64,000 nt of DNA from Octopus sinensis. Its lineage: Eukaryota. The notes below the pieces were generated by a model. That model worked only from the letters and a program-made list of their open reading frames with translations. It made no database searches and was not told where the DNA came from. This document shows, piece after piece, positions 1 through 12,520 of this stretch; position 1 is the stretch's first letter; each line of letters opens with the position of its first letter. The DNA is taken from the NCBI RefSeq assembly GCF_006345805.1, contig NC_043010.1, forward strand, positions 3,472,001-3,536,000, given 5' to 3'. Position numbers and translations under genes: made by a program.

Positions 1-619
1 ATGTCTTTTGCAAGAAAGCAGGACTTGGTTGTAGGAACCATGTTTCTACTAATTATCTTAGTTGTGAGCAGACCAGAGGCACATTCTTGTACCACCAACT
101 CTTGACCCAGTGGAATACTGTTTATGTTATAGCTAGAAGGAAAGAGGACAACACAAGCACTGTTGTTGGTAATAATTTTTCAGCTGAGTAAACTGGAGCA
201 ATATGAAGTGAAGAGCCTTGCTCAAAGGCACAACATTCTGCTAAGTCTAGGAATTAGACCCATGACCTTATGATCTAGAAGTTAAGGTCCTAACCACTTC
301 ACCAACACAGATATAAAAGCTTTCAATACGATTAGATAACAGATGGGATGAAACAAAAATTATTTTTTTTAAAATTCAAAACAAAATAATTTTTAAATAT
401 TAAACAAAAGTAAGGGAGAAAAATTACATTTTGGTCAGTATTCTGCAAGACTAAACTGGAAAGAAAGAATTACTACCACAAGAAAGATAGAAATGTCCAC
501 CTAATTAAGGCTGGCCTGGGGCTAAAAAAACAACAGCAAATAAAAGACAATGCTATACATATCCCAGGAATACAGAACTGTATCTGGTAATGCAGTGAAA
601 AACTTTCAGACATCAGACA

Positions 620-1008
620 TGGTAGTGTTGTTAAGAAGCTTGCTTTGCAACTCCATAATCCCATTGCGCAGTATCTTGGGCAAGTATCTTCTGCTATTGC
701 CACGGATTGACTAATGCTGTATGAGAGAATCTGGCAGATGGAAACTGTGTAGAAGCTTATCATATGTGTGTGTTTTTGCGTGTGTCTGTGTGTGAGTGTA
801 TATGTTTTTGTGTCTGTGTTTGTCCCATACCACCACTTGACAATAATTGGTTTGTTTACATCATTGTAACTTAGCAGTTTGACAAAAGAGAACAATAGAA
901 TAAATACCAGACTTAGAAATAATTACTGGGGTTGGTTTGTTTGACTGAAACCTTTCTACACGGTGCCCCAGCGTGATTGTAGTTCAACGATTGAAACAAG
1001 TAAAACAT
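620..1008 (+). mobile_element. Degenerate SINE, family A
   Basis: Matches the intact copies (e.g. 7265-7666) at cttgggcaagtatcttctgctat, gaaactg, cttagcagtttgacaaaagag and the gaaacaagtaaaa tail. Confidence 0.7.
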
Positions 1009-1867
1009 AATAGATAACTACTAGAAAAACACATCAGGAAGCATAACAACTCAAAATTGAAGAGTAAGAAAACAAACTTAAAAATCAAGAATAGGAAAGA
1101 AAATATACGAAAGGACCCAATTAGGAAGGAAGATGGATTGACCTTCAACAACTTGAAATAGAAGACAACTTTACAAATTGAGAATTTAGAGGAATAAGGT
1201 CATGCAACAATGCAGTCAGAAGAAAAAGATTGAACACAATCACAAAGTTAATGGAATACTAGGATAGTATTAGAAAGGTTGGTATAACTTAACTAGACAC
1301 ACTATTAAATGTTGCCTGAATTTGTATAACAGAGTGATTAGATATTAAAATACAAAAAAAAAGTCAAAGATGTCTTGGAAAAAAAATCAAAAGATTGCAT
1401 AGGTTGTGTAGGTCTATAAATGTATTAGAAAGGAAAACAGAATTTGGAATTGAAAGATCATCGTCATCATCATTATCATTGTTGTTTTTATGTCCACTTT
1501 TTCCATGTTGGCATGTGTTGGATGAGACTTGTTGAGGCAATGTTCTACCCTCACTGACAACACTGGATTGTTTTTAAATAATGAGCTTTGTTCCTTGGTT
1601 TCACACACAATCACTGGGGTTCAGTCCCACTGCATAGCAGCAGGAGCAAGTGTCTTCTCCTATAGCCCTAGGCTGACCGAAGCTTTGTGAGTGGATTTAA
1701 TAGACAGTATGGAAGGGGGACATTAAAAGGTGATGATGAAACTGAAAGAAACATATCGAATACACACACACACACACACACATATATATTCATATACTAA
1801 ACTACCCGTGACACATTGGGTCACCAATATTTCAAAGTTCTGGTAAAGTTTGAAATTCCCAGTAATA

Positions 1868-1875
1868 ATGATGAT

Positions 1876-1912
<37 letters not shown>

Positions 1913-1966
1913 TAATAATAATAATATTAACAAGGGTGGCGAGCTGGCAGAATCATCAGCATACAT

Positions 1967-1997
<31 letters not shown>

Positions 1998-2392
1998 CAT
2001 ACATATATATATATATACATAAAAATACATGCATATATATACATATATACGTGTATATATATATACATATATATACATATATACATATATATATATATAT
2101 GTATACATATATATATATACACATATAGATATATATACACATATATGCATATATACATATATACTCATATATATACATGTATATATATAAGCATATATAT
2201 ACACATATATAGATATATATATATATATACATGCATATATATACACATTTACATATATATATACACACACATATATATACATATTTACATATATATATAC
2301 ACATACACACACACACACACAGACACATATATACACACACACATATACACACACACACATATATATATATATACAATATATATGCACATATA
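1868..2392. repeat. (AAT)n followed by a compound (TA/CA/TACA)n microsatellite
   Basis: Visible directly; explains the Y/I/H/T-rich ORFs in the track. Confidence 0.95.
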
Positions 2393-2954
2393 CCTGTATG
2401 GTGAGAAGGAAGAGTAGATAGAATGCTGAATAAAGAATAGAAGTATAAAGTGTCAATTAGTGATAGATAAATTCATACACATGTACTGCTGGAAGTAATG
2501 TTCAAATCTCATAATGGTAGGGATTACTCCCAAAATGGCCTATGATATGATTCCCTAATTTCTAGGTAATAGAAGGGTTGAGAAATTGTGAAGAATATAG
2601 GGAAGTTGATTGGAAAGGATTAGGTGAAATGGAAAACAAAATGAAGCCGGTCTGTTGAAGAAGCAGGAAATATTAACGTCCATATAGTAATTTTTGAAAG
2701 CATTATTTCATGGATATGGGACATGGGTAAGAAAATCAGGCATAATGCTTGTGGCTAAAGCATTAATCTTTACAATGCAGGTATAAGCTCTGGGAAAAGC
2801 TACATCAAATTCAATTGGAAGGGAAGCACTGAATTTCTGCTATGTAGAATGTTTTTCAAAAATAGTGAAATGTCGAACATTTGGAAGATGAATGCTATGA
2901 ATTATATCAGAGAGAAAATAGCCCTGATAGCATCACATGACTTGTCTTTCTTTC

Positions 2955-3365
2955 ATTTTTTTTTTACTTGTTTCAGTCATTGGATTGTGGCCTTGCGACG
3001 GTACATTCTTCAATGGTTTAGTCAAAAAAGTTGACTCCAGAACTTATTTTTTTAAAATCTGGTACTTATTCCATTGGTCTCATTTGCCAAAATGCAAAGG
3101 GATGAGGAGGTAAAAAAATTAATACCAGTTGTTATGTGGCGGTGGTGGTGGTGGGGGGGACACACACAATCATAAAGCCACACACACAGACATACATACA
3201 TATATGTATATATACGATGGGTTTCTATACAGTTTCTGTCTACGAAATTCACTCACAAAGCTTTGGTTGGTCTGAAGTTAAAGTAAATCAAACTGCTAAA
3301 GGTACCATGCAGTGAGATTGAACCTGATGCCATGTGGTTGCAAAGTGAGCTTCTTAACCACACTG
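2955..3365 (-). mobile_element. Degenerate SINE, family A
   Basis: ttacttgtttcagtcattggattgtggcc tail at the left; gattgaacc..catgtggttg..cttcttaaccacac head at the right. Confidence 0.7.
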
Positions 3366-3431
3366 TGGAAAGAATATATAAGTGAGATAACTAAATAAGA
3401 ACACAAACCCTTCCAGCATGATTAAGTTTAA

Positions 3432-3642
3432 CCCTTTCATTATTTTGAGATGCTCTGTGTCGCTTTCAATTAATTTTTAAAATAACAATGAATTTAGTAA
3501 AATAACTTAGTCATAATTAAGCTAGTGTTAAGAACATAAATTGTAACAGGTTTTGTGGAAGATTTTGATTTAGAACTTATGAAAGCAAGACATTTATACT
3601 ACAGAGCCAGAGCCGGTTTTGGCCGGGTTGGTAACGAAAGGG
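3432..3642. mobile_element. piggyBac-type MITE with TTAA target duplication
   Basis: ttaa|ccctttcatta (3428-3442) ... taacgaaaggg|ttaa (3632-3646): TTAA on both sides, CCC termini, 11-bp TIR with 1 mismatch. Confidence 0.7.
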
Positions 3643-4214
3643 TTAAGGATAATAAAATTCTTAGAGATTTCATCATTTATGTGACCAAGAAATAGAAAAA
3701 AGAAGACTTGATCTTGTAGTGAAACACAAGAAAATCAAGTGAATGTGATCTAGTTGATATATTGCTAATCCTGTAACAGGGAACAAGAGGAAAGGAAAAT
3801 GCAAAGTGTCTTAAAAAGTGGTTATAACTAAAGACAGTAGATGTTTTATCTATGGTCATAGAATCTGTAGACATGTTCTTTAATATATTAAATAAAGAGT
3901 TACAGGAAATGGGGTTATATATGTGATACCTGCAGTAACAGAATCACCAAGTATTGTCTATCATAAATTAGACAAACGGCTAACTAAAATAAGAATCAAA
4001 ATTAAGACAGTATAATTCCAAAATTCTACTTCAAAAACATGTGGAACTATCCAGAAAAATACAAGAGATGTGGATAATGCACCAAATAAAAGTATAAATG
4101 TCTTTGGAACACAAATTTTACCAGTTATTCATTCCTAATACCAGCAAATGCCTGTTTGAAATCATTTAACCAAGAAAATAGAATAGTAATTATGTAATAA
4201 TTGTGATATCCTAA

Positions 4215-4555
4215 AACCAAGGTACCACATAAAAAAATCACTGGCGAAGGTGCCCCGTAAAAAGCACTGGTGCTGGTACCACATTAAAAGCACTAGTGAA
4301 GGTACCACATTAAAAGCACTAGTGAAGGTACCACATTAAAAGCACTAGTGAAGGTACCACATTAAAAGCACCCAGTACGATCTGTAAAGGAGGGTATCCA
4401 GCTGTAGAAACCAAGCCAAAAACTGACTATGGAACCTTATGCTGCCCTTGGCCATGCCAAATCTTGTCAAGACATCCAACCCATGCCAGCGTGGAAAACA
4501 AATGTCAATTGTTGATGATGATGACGATGATGATGATGATGATGATAGTTGATTC
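4215..4555 (+). mobile_element. (GAT)n-tailed SINE-like repeat (family D) with an internal 26-bp tandem array
   Basis: ggtaccacattaaaagcactagtgaa at 4275, 4301, 4327 and 4353; 3' end ccaacccatgccagcgtggaaaa..(gat)n is shared with the other family D copies. Confidence 0.7.
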
Positions 4556-4677
4556 TTTAACAGAGCCAAAGGACTTAAGATATGGACAATGGCATAGCTA
4601 GAGTGTAAATCACTAAGAGTAACCCAAAAGTTTGCTACCCCCACCCTACTGAGCCCCCAAGCAAACAGAAAAGTGCA

Positions 4678-4820
4678 TATACAACAGACACAAAAGTGAT
4701 GTCCCCATAAAAGCATTGCTCAGAGATGACTGGTCCCCTTTGCCACCAGCTAAGTTACTGGATGTGAAGAGGAAAGCTTGTAACAAAGGAAATGAAAAAA
4801 AGAAAAGACAATAAATTAAA
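4678..4820 (+). repeat. Left copy of the ~143-bp direct repeat flanking a SINE
   Basis: Matches 5217-5360 with 4 differences (1 indel, 3 substitutions). Confidence 0.95.
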
Positions 4821-4983
4821 GGCACAGGAGTGGCTGTGTGGTAAGTAGCTTGCTAACCAACCACATTGTTCTGGGTTCAGTCCCACTGCGTGGCACCTTG
4901 GGCAAGTGTCTTCTACTATAGCCTCGGGCCGACCAATGCCTTGTGAGTGGATTTGGTAGACGGAAACTGAAAGAAGCCTGTCG

Positions 4984-5029
<46 letters not shown>

Positions 5030-5216
5030 TGTGTCTGTGTTTGTCCCTCTAGCATCGTCCCCGTCACTTAGCAGTTCGGCAAAAGAGACCGATAGAATAA
5101 GTACTGGGCTTACAAAAGAATAAGTCCCGGGGTCGAGTTGCTCGATTAAAGGCGGTGCTCCAGCATGGCTGCAGTCAAATGACTGAAACAAGTAAAAGAG
5201 TAAAGAGTAAAAAGAG
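4821..5216 (+). mobile_element. Full-length tRNA-headed SINE, family A
   Basis: ggcacaggagtggctgtgtggtaag head with box B-like gggttcagtccc, internal (TA)(TG)n, gtaaaagag-repeat tail; near-identical to many copies in the window. Confidence 0.92.
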
Positions 5217-5360
5217 TATACAACAGACACAAAAGTGATGTCCCCCATAAAAGCGTTGCTCAGAGATGACTGGTCCCCTTTGCCACCAGCTAAGTTACTG
5301 GATGTGAAGAGGAAAGCTTGTAACAAAGGAAATGAAGAAAAGAAAAGACAATAACTTAAA
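5217..5360 (+). repeat. Right copy of the ~143-bp direct repeat flanking a SINE
   Basis: Matches 4678-4820. Confidence 0.95.
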
Positions 5361-5784
5361 CAAGCAAAATAACATCTTAACAACAACAGAGATCTTTGGT
5401 TTTCTATTTTGGTATTGTTCTTAATAACTCATCTCCACTGAACAGTTTGGATCAATAAAACTCTTATTTATACATCTCAATTAGCCTCTATCAGAAACCT
5501 ATTTGCCCATTTCAATTTGAACCCATTCACCCACATAAGAAGTTCAGTAGAAGAGGAGATAATCCATTTCCTTTATTTTTCCTACATTTTTTTTTTAATA
5601 GATAATGATCTCATCAGTCATAAGTCACTGTCCTGTAACTATTTCAGCTGTGCTATCCACTCAGCTTTTATGAGACAAACTCTCTTGCTCTCCCTCTCTC
5701 TAACACACACACATTCTTCCACACACACATACATATATTCACACACATACACACACAAATACATGCATGAAACATATATACATC

Positions 5785-5792
5785 CATATATG

Positions 5793-5829
<37 letters not shown>

Positions 5830-5838
5830 AGATAGATA
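5785..5838. repeat. (GATA)n microsatellite
   Basis: Visible directly. Confidence 0.95.
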
Positions 5839-5924
5839 TGGCCAGTTTATGGGGTTACCCTGGGTTTCACGGCCATAAAGTGCTTAGCTCTACAGTGTTT
5901 CTTCAGACCCTTTGTGGGTTTAGG

Positions 5925-6175
5925 GTCTGAACCGCTGCATTAAGAGGATGTAAACATACCAACACCAGTTGTCAAGTAGTGAAGACACCAAGACAGACAG
6001 ACACACACACACACACACATAAAATGAGTTTCTTTCAATTTTCACCTACCAAATCCACTCACGAGGCTTTTGTTGGCCCGAGGCTATAGGAGAAAACACT
6101 TGCTCAAGGTTCCACACAGTGGGACTGAACACATAACCATATAGTTGGGAAGCAAGTTTCTTAATCATACAACCA
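5925..6175 (-). mobile_element. Degenerate partial SINE, family A
   Basis: ccaaatccactcac..ggcccgaggctatag..cacagtgggactgaac matches the reverse complement of family A. Confidence 0.75.
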
Positions 6176-6680
6176 CAACAATGACTGTGTCGTTGACAGT
6201 AGCAATGAAGAAAATGATGAAAATTAAAAATAATATCATTCTATAAGAAACGTGTTTCCTTTTACATCTGTTTCAATAAATGCTATATTTGTTCACTGAG
6301 AGTGTAAGCACACTTTTAATAGAATGACTAAAATAACATACAGATTATCACCTCTTGTAAAGATGTCAAAACAATTCTAGCTGAGAAAGTGATAAGTGAA
6401 TGTGATAAATCTAGCTAGGTGGCACCAGCTTTGAGAATTTTTCAAAATTCTCATGGTTGGCAACACTTAGAATTTCAGAACAGCTAAAATAATTGCAGAC
6501 ATAAGAACAAAATATATCAATAAAAATTCATTATATACTGGGTTTGTGTATATAAACATATATATACACACAAACATATATATTCATACATATACATATA
6601 TATATATACACACACATATATATTCATACATATACATATATATACACACACAAACAGTTATATATGTATGTACAGAAAGT

Positions 6681-7003
6681 GAAGGCATGTGGTTTAGTGG
6701 TTAGGGTATTCAGCTTGCAATCATAAGGTCATGAGTTCAATTCCTGGTGATGCATTGTGTCCTTGAGCAAGACACTTTATTTCAAACTGCTCCAGTCCAC
6801 TCAGCTGGCAAAAATGCAAAGTACCTGTATTTCAAAGGGCCAGTCTTGTCACATTCTGCATCATGCTGAATCTTCCCTAAGAACTACGTTAAGGGTACAC
6901 ATGTCTGTGGAGTACTCAGCCACTTGCATGTTAATTTCACAAGCAGGCTGTTCCATTGATGAAATCAACTGGAATCTTTGTCACCACAACTTGTAGAGTG
7001 CCA
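6681..7003 (+). mobile_element. tRNA-headed SINE, family F head with tail type ii
   Basis: Head gcatgtggtttagtggttaggg..gagttcaattcc; core tgtgtccttgagcaagacacttt..ctccagtccactcagctg; tail gtacctgtatttcaaagggccag..gaactacgttaagggtacac shared with 32647-33030. Confidence 0.8.
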
Positions 7004-7264
7004 GTTGATATACAGAGAGAGGGGGGGGAGAAAGAGGGAGATAGATAGAAAGATATACATACACTCACAGATATACACCATCGTCATCATTGTTTTAAAG
7101 CAAACTTTTCCATGCTCACATGAGTTGGACAGAATCTGTTGAGGTTGATTTTCTACAACTAGATGTTCTTCCTGTCACCAACACTCAGCTGTTTCCAAGG
7201 TAATATTACCTCATGACAAGACATGTTCTCACAAAAAAAAAAAGGTTGAAAACAAGAGAACAAA

Positions 7265-7666
7265 GGCGCAGGAGTGGCTGTGTGGTAAGTAGCTTGCTAA
7301 CCAGCCACATGGTTGCGGGTTCAGTCCCACTGCGTGGCACCTTGGGCAAGTGTCTTCTGCTATAGCCCCGGGCTGACCAATGCCTTGTGAGTGGATTTGG
7401 TAGACGGAAACTGAAAGAAGCCCGTCGTATATATATATATATATGTGTGTGTGTGTTTGTGTGTCTGTGTTTGTCCCCCTAGCATTGCTTAACAACCGAT
7501 GCTGGTGTGTTTACGTCCCCGTCACTTAGTGGTTCGGCAAAAGAGACTGATAGAATAAGTACTGGGCTTACAAAGAATAAGTCCCGGGGTCGATTTGCTC
7601 GACTAAAGGCGGTGCTCCAGCATGGCCGCAGTCAAATGACTGAAACAAGTAAAAGAGAGTAAGAGT
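7265..7666 (+). mobile_element. Full-length SINE, family A, inside an older family D-like repeat (about 7075-7720)
   Basis: Complete head-to-tail match to the other family A copies. Confidence 0.92.
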
Positions 7667-7717
7667 ATGATGGTGACACTCACCTACAATTATCACCTGA
7701 TGTCAAGGCAAGGAAAC

Positions 7718-7770
<53 letters not shown>

Positions 7771-8689
7771 TGCATGTATGTATAAAGGGAAAGAGAAAGA
7801 TTGAGAGAGTGAACAATACAGATATCTATAAATCTACATTTCTGTGTTTCTAGTTATCTACTTACTGGACATACGAAAACAAAAGATTATCACATCATAT
7901 CTTATGACAAATAACTTATGACCACATAATAGTCAAGAGGTGTATAGAACCAGTTTAATGTAGCATATTCCCTAACAGCCATGATATGTAGCCTGTCATC
8001 TCAACCAGAGACTACTTCATTCAATGATAGAGTCTCTATGTTGACAGAAAAAGAATTCCAGAGGGTTGTAGTGTTGGGGAGAAAGGACAGGGTAAAAACT
8101 GAGATTAGTGTGGTGTTTAGGAAGTGAGTAATATAGGGGTGATGCAAGGAGGAGAAAAAGATGAAGGAAGTAAACCTTTGAGGGATATAGTACACAACTA
8201 GTTCGTTCAAGAGCTTTAAGATATTGTAGGCAAGAGACCATTTAGGTACAAGACCAGCAATGTTTGGTGGTAGGGAATAGTTGTTTACATTGACTCCAGT
8301 ACTTGTAGCTGTGTGGTTAAGAAGCTTGTTTCCCAGCTGTGTGGTTTGGGTTCAATCCCACTGCATGGTACCTTGGGCAAGTGTCTTCTACTATAGTCCC
8401 CACACCGAATAACGTTTTTGCAAGTGGTAGACATAAACTGAAAGAGACCTATCATATATACTTGTGTGTGTGTGTGTGTGTGCGTGTGTGTGTGTGTGCG
8501 CGTATGTGTGTGTGTGTGTGCCCGTGTGTGTGTGTGTGCACGTGCGTGTGTGTGTGTGTGTGCCCTTGTCTAGCCATCACATTATAGTTGTAAATGAGCA
8601 TCACCATCATACAAGTGAGGTTGTTTGTTTCCAGTCTTCTATGATAAAATCTTTCTTGGAAACAGATGAGGGTTGGTGACACAAAGGAC

Positions 8690-8855
8690 ATCCATCATCA
8701 TCATCATCATCGTTTAACGTCCACTCTCCATGCTAGCATGGGTTGGACAGTTCAACTGGGGATCTGGGTAAGCCAGAAGGCTGCACCAGGCTCCAGTCTG
8801 ATCTGGCAGTGTTTCTACAGCTGGATGCTCTTCATAACGCCAAGTTGTAGAAAAT
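8690..8855 (-). mobile_element. 3' part of a (GAT)n-tailed family D repeat
   Basis: catcatcatcgtttaacgtcc..ccatgctagcatgggttggac..gtttctacagctggatgc matches 39448-39635. Confidence 0.8.
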
Positions 8856-8869
8856 CTGCCTCAACAGGT

Positions 8870-9107
8870 TTTATGATGATGGTGATAATGATAATGATGA
8901 TGATGATGATGATGACGATGATGATGTCGATAATTAAGATGATGATGACTATGATGATGATGACAATGACGACAACTATGATGATGGCAACAACAATGCT
9001 CATGATAACGTTGCTGCTGCTGCTGCTGATGATGATGATGATGGTAATAACAACAATAACAATGATAATGATGACTACACCGATGATGATGATGATGATG
9101 ATGATGA
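8870..9107. repeat. Long imperfect (GAT/GAC/AAC/GCT)n trinucleotide array
   Basis: Visible directly; source of the poly-M and poly-I ORFs. Confidence 0.95.
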
Positions 9108-10457
9108 GAAAGATAAAGTACAAAATCAAATCAGGATTTGAACTCAGAATATAAAGAGACATTACTAAATATCAAAGAGCACTTTGTCTAATTCTCTGAT
9201 TATTTTGCCACCCACCACCTTAATAATTTTCTTAGACATCAGTATCATCATCATCATTACTATATTTAATAAGATAGATTGGCAAAATTGATTGAACTTG
9301 TATTATTTAGTTACTGCTTTTTATGTTCTCAGTTCAAATCCTGCTGAGGTAAATCTTGCATTTCATCCTTCCGGCATCAATAAAATAAAGTACCAGTTAA
9401 GTACTGGAGTAAGTTTAATTGTCAATAAACTTTCCTACAAAATTTTAGGCATTGTGCCAATGTTAGAAATCAACGGAGAGTCAAAGAAAAGATTGAAATA
9501 GTTAAGAACTAAAAATTAGAAGTTAGAAAGATCTGGTCATTTTAAAATGTAGAAATATCTTTCTATAGATAACTGGCACTTTAGGAGTGTTTAGCTAAAT
9601 ATTCAAAGAGTTTAATAAATGACTAGAACCATAAGTGAGCTTGGAACAATTCCAAAAGACTGTTTTGCTTGGAACAGATAGAATATGAAGAAAAACACTT
9701 GATTATTAACCTTCAGACCTTAGGTCACTGGATGGGACTAGATTTCAAGGAAAAACAAACAAAGCAAACCATCAAAGCTTTGAAAGTAAAACCATAAATA
9801 ATCAATCAAACTATAATAAAATCTTTGTAGAGAAAGATGTTTTATGGGCAAAACTATATTTAAGTAAACAGTAAAAGCTGCATCAATATTCTCCTCGATA
9901 GTGAGGCCATTCATGTTTGTGAGGATAATTTTCATTTGAATAAACATTAGCTTCACTTCATATACTGTTGTGTATGTTGATTAGAAATAGTGAAGTTTGT
10001 TACCTACTTTACACAGATCATAAAATAATTTATGAAAGAAAAGAACAGAGTCGTGTACATGCTGTTAATAGCTATAACAGGGGTTGGTGTTAAGTATGGG
10101 TTTTTTTTTTTTATATTCTAGTATAAATTTAGTGAGAGGTATAAAATTAGTGAGAGATAAACCAGTATATCATAGGTAAAATTCCATTGAGTTAATACTT
10201 GTTTCCAGTGATTCAATGATTGATTTGAGATGCATAGAATTATAGTTCTATAAAATGCTTATACTGTAGCATTGATGGAATATAAAGCAGCACATATACG
10301 TACTCTCTCTTTTTTTTTTCCAAATGTATTACTACTTATAGGCACATATGTGACTGAGTGGGCGAGCTTCAGACCTATGGCATGGCATTTTGAACATATG
10401 TGTTCTATTCTAACCCCCGGCCACCAACAAACACTTTATGAGTGAATTTGCTAGAAC

Positions 10458-10525
10458 ATGTATGTATGTATGTATGTATGTATGTATGTATGTATGTATG
10501 TATGTATGTATGGATGGATGGATGT
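10458..10525. repeat. (TATG)n/(GATG)n microsatellite
   Basis: Visible directly. Confidence 0.95.
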
Positions 10526-10742
10526 AAGTATATATGTATGTACACACATACATGTGTGTGTGTATACACACACACACATCTATGTATATATATATAACCC
10601 ATGCTAGCATGGAAAATGGACGCTAAACGATGATGACGATGATGATGATGATGTCTTTACACATACACACACACCATCCTTTGAGTTTTTTTTTTCCATC
10701 CAAGGACTTTTTAACCAAACACTCTACACACTATTATTTATA

Positions 10743-10883
10743 TTAGGTTGTCCCAAAAGTTCGTAAACACTTGCGAAAATTGAATTTTTACTCGCCAAGT
10801 ACTAACAAAAACAACAAAAATTATTCCTCAAAATAAAGACCATTATTTTCCAAGACTTTCTACGAACTTTTGGGACAACCTTA
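10743..10883. mobile_element. Tc1/mariner-type MITE (141 bp, TA target duplication)
   Basis: ta|ttaggttgtcccaaaagttcgta ... tacgaacttttgggacaacctta|ta: 23-bp TIR with 1 mismatch; TTAGGTTG start as in mariner TIRs. Confidence 0.88.
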
Positions 10884-11456
10884 TATCTTCATCTACTTTG
10901 AATTTACTTCATATGTCTTATAATTTGCTTGGGATTTTCAATCGTAAGAATCTTGTTAAATAGCAAGTAGCAGACAATAAAATTAGTTCTTGTACATTAC
11001 AGATTCTTTATTACATCAACCACAGGATAATGTAAGTCAAAGTTGACTTCAGTGGAAATCAAGCTGAGACCATAAAAGTGCAGGAATTAAGTACCAGAAA
11101 AAATTTTGTTCAGCTTTTGCAGTTCTGCTGACACAATAACTCTTACCAGTTATTAATACTCTTACTGATATTCCATTACTACAGCACCATTCAAACAGTA
11201 CTGTACCAAGAGGAAAATAATGGGGGTGACACTTATACAGCAGTAATTTTAGGCTCACTGTATAAGTTAGTATAGGGGCTAAGTGAGTGAGGAGCACAAG
11301 CTCAAGGGTTGCCCCAAGTGTCACACACTCTGGCTAAGTTATTGCATTCAGACACACCTTGGTTGCTGAACTAATGAGGTATCCCTTATGTGGTCACCTG
11401 ATAGGCCAGAAATCACAGCCAAATGTTTTAAAAATAAGATACCTGGGATGATATAT

Positions 11457-11686
11457 ATTTCTTTACTACCCACAAGGGGCCAAACACAGAGAGGACAAAC
11501 AAGGACAGACAAAGGGATTAAGTCGATTACATCGACCCCAGTGCGTAACTGGTACTTAATTTATCGACCCCGAACGGATGAAAGGCAAAGTCGACCTCGG
11601 TAGAATTTGAACTCAGAACGTAGCGGCAGACGAAATACCGCTAGGCATTTCGCCCAGCACACTAACGATTCTGCCAGCTCGCCACC
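11457..11686 (-). mobile_element. SINE, family C
   Basis: Reverse complement of 14075-14304 (ggcgagctggcagaa..gttctgagttcaaatt..ttgtgggtagtaaagaaat). Confidence 0.88.
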
Positions 11687-11984
11687 TTAAATGATATAGT
11701 TCTGGGTACACTGTTACAGTTAGAACTATGTTGATCATTTCAGGCCTGCCCAATCGGGGCTAACCTATGGTTAAACAAAAGCACCATCAACAACAGCAAT
11801 ATCAGAAAAAAAATACTTGGTAACATTTCTTCTGGGTTTACATTCTGAGTGCAAATTCCATTGAGAGTGACTTTGCTTTTCCTCCTTTACTAGTTGAATA
11901 TTGGAGGCGATGTTATTGACTAACACCCGCAACCTAAAAAGAAAAATACCCAGGGTCTGTGCATATAGTAGAGAGAATTGTTAC

Positions 11985-12520
11985 TATTATTATATAAAAA
12001 CTCACAGCTTATTTTGCTGGGTATGATGGCAAGTGTCAGCTGTCCACAGCCAGCAGACTAAGGTGACACTTGTTTGCTGGTCATGCTTCAAGAACCCTGC
12101 AAAGAATTCTTGCAGTTCCAAGCAATGGTGACTTTTGTAGGGGTTCTACCTTCACACTTGCACCAATTCTTTTCAGCTGTGTAGGTAGTTGAGTGCTGAT
12201 ACCTTCAAATGCACCAATTACTATTGGTATCACGTCTACTCTATTCATTGACCACAACCTTCATATTCCCCACTTCAAATCGTTATAGTTGCTTTTTTTT
12301 TTTCTTTCACATTGATCCTGTTGTCACTAGGGCATGCTATGTCAATTAACATACATTTTCTTCGTTTTTTTATTCACCACAACAATGTTCGGTTTCCGAT
12401 GTTTGGTCAGGTGATCGCACTGGATCATTGCATCCCACAGGATTTTGTAATTCTCATTTTCAGTGACTCCTTCTGGAGTTTGTTCTTTGTTGGCCGTGAT
12501 TTCCACAGAGCTCTCAAGCA
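11985..12520 (-). mobile_element. 3' fragment of an R4/Dong-like non-LTR retrotransposon (restriction-like endonuclease domain), decayed
   Basis: Minus-strand peptides TPEGVTENENYKILWDAMIQCDHLTKHRKPNIVVVNKK, RLWSMNRVDVIPIVIGAF and LQKSPLLGTARIL follow the RLE C-terminal pattern; stops and frameshifts present. Confidence 0.8.

Noticed and set aside
1816-2456. Long Y/I/H/T/C/V-rich ORFs (also at 8339-9162, 18615-18926, 26195-26521, 51869-52187, 54531-54878 and 62760-63105)
   Set aside because: They are translations of microsatellites, which lack stop codons by composition.
4275-4372. Regular 26-bp repeats resembling a CRISPR array
   Set aside because: Head-to-tail tandem units with no unique spacers, no cas genes, and a eukaryotic context.
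4821-4900. tRNA-like sequences at SINE 5' ends
   Set aside because: They have box A/B-like motifs only, show no complete cloverleaf, and always continue into a SINE body.
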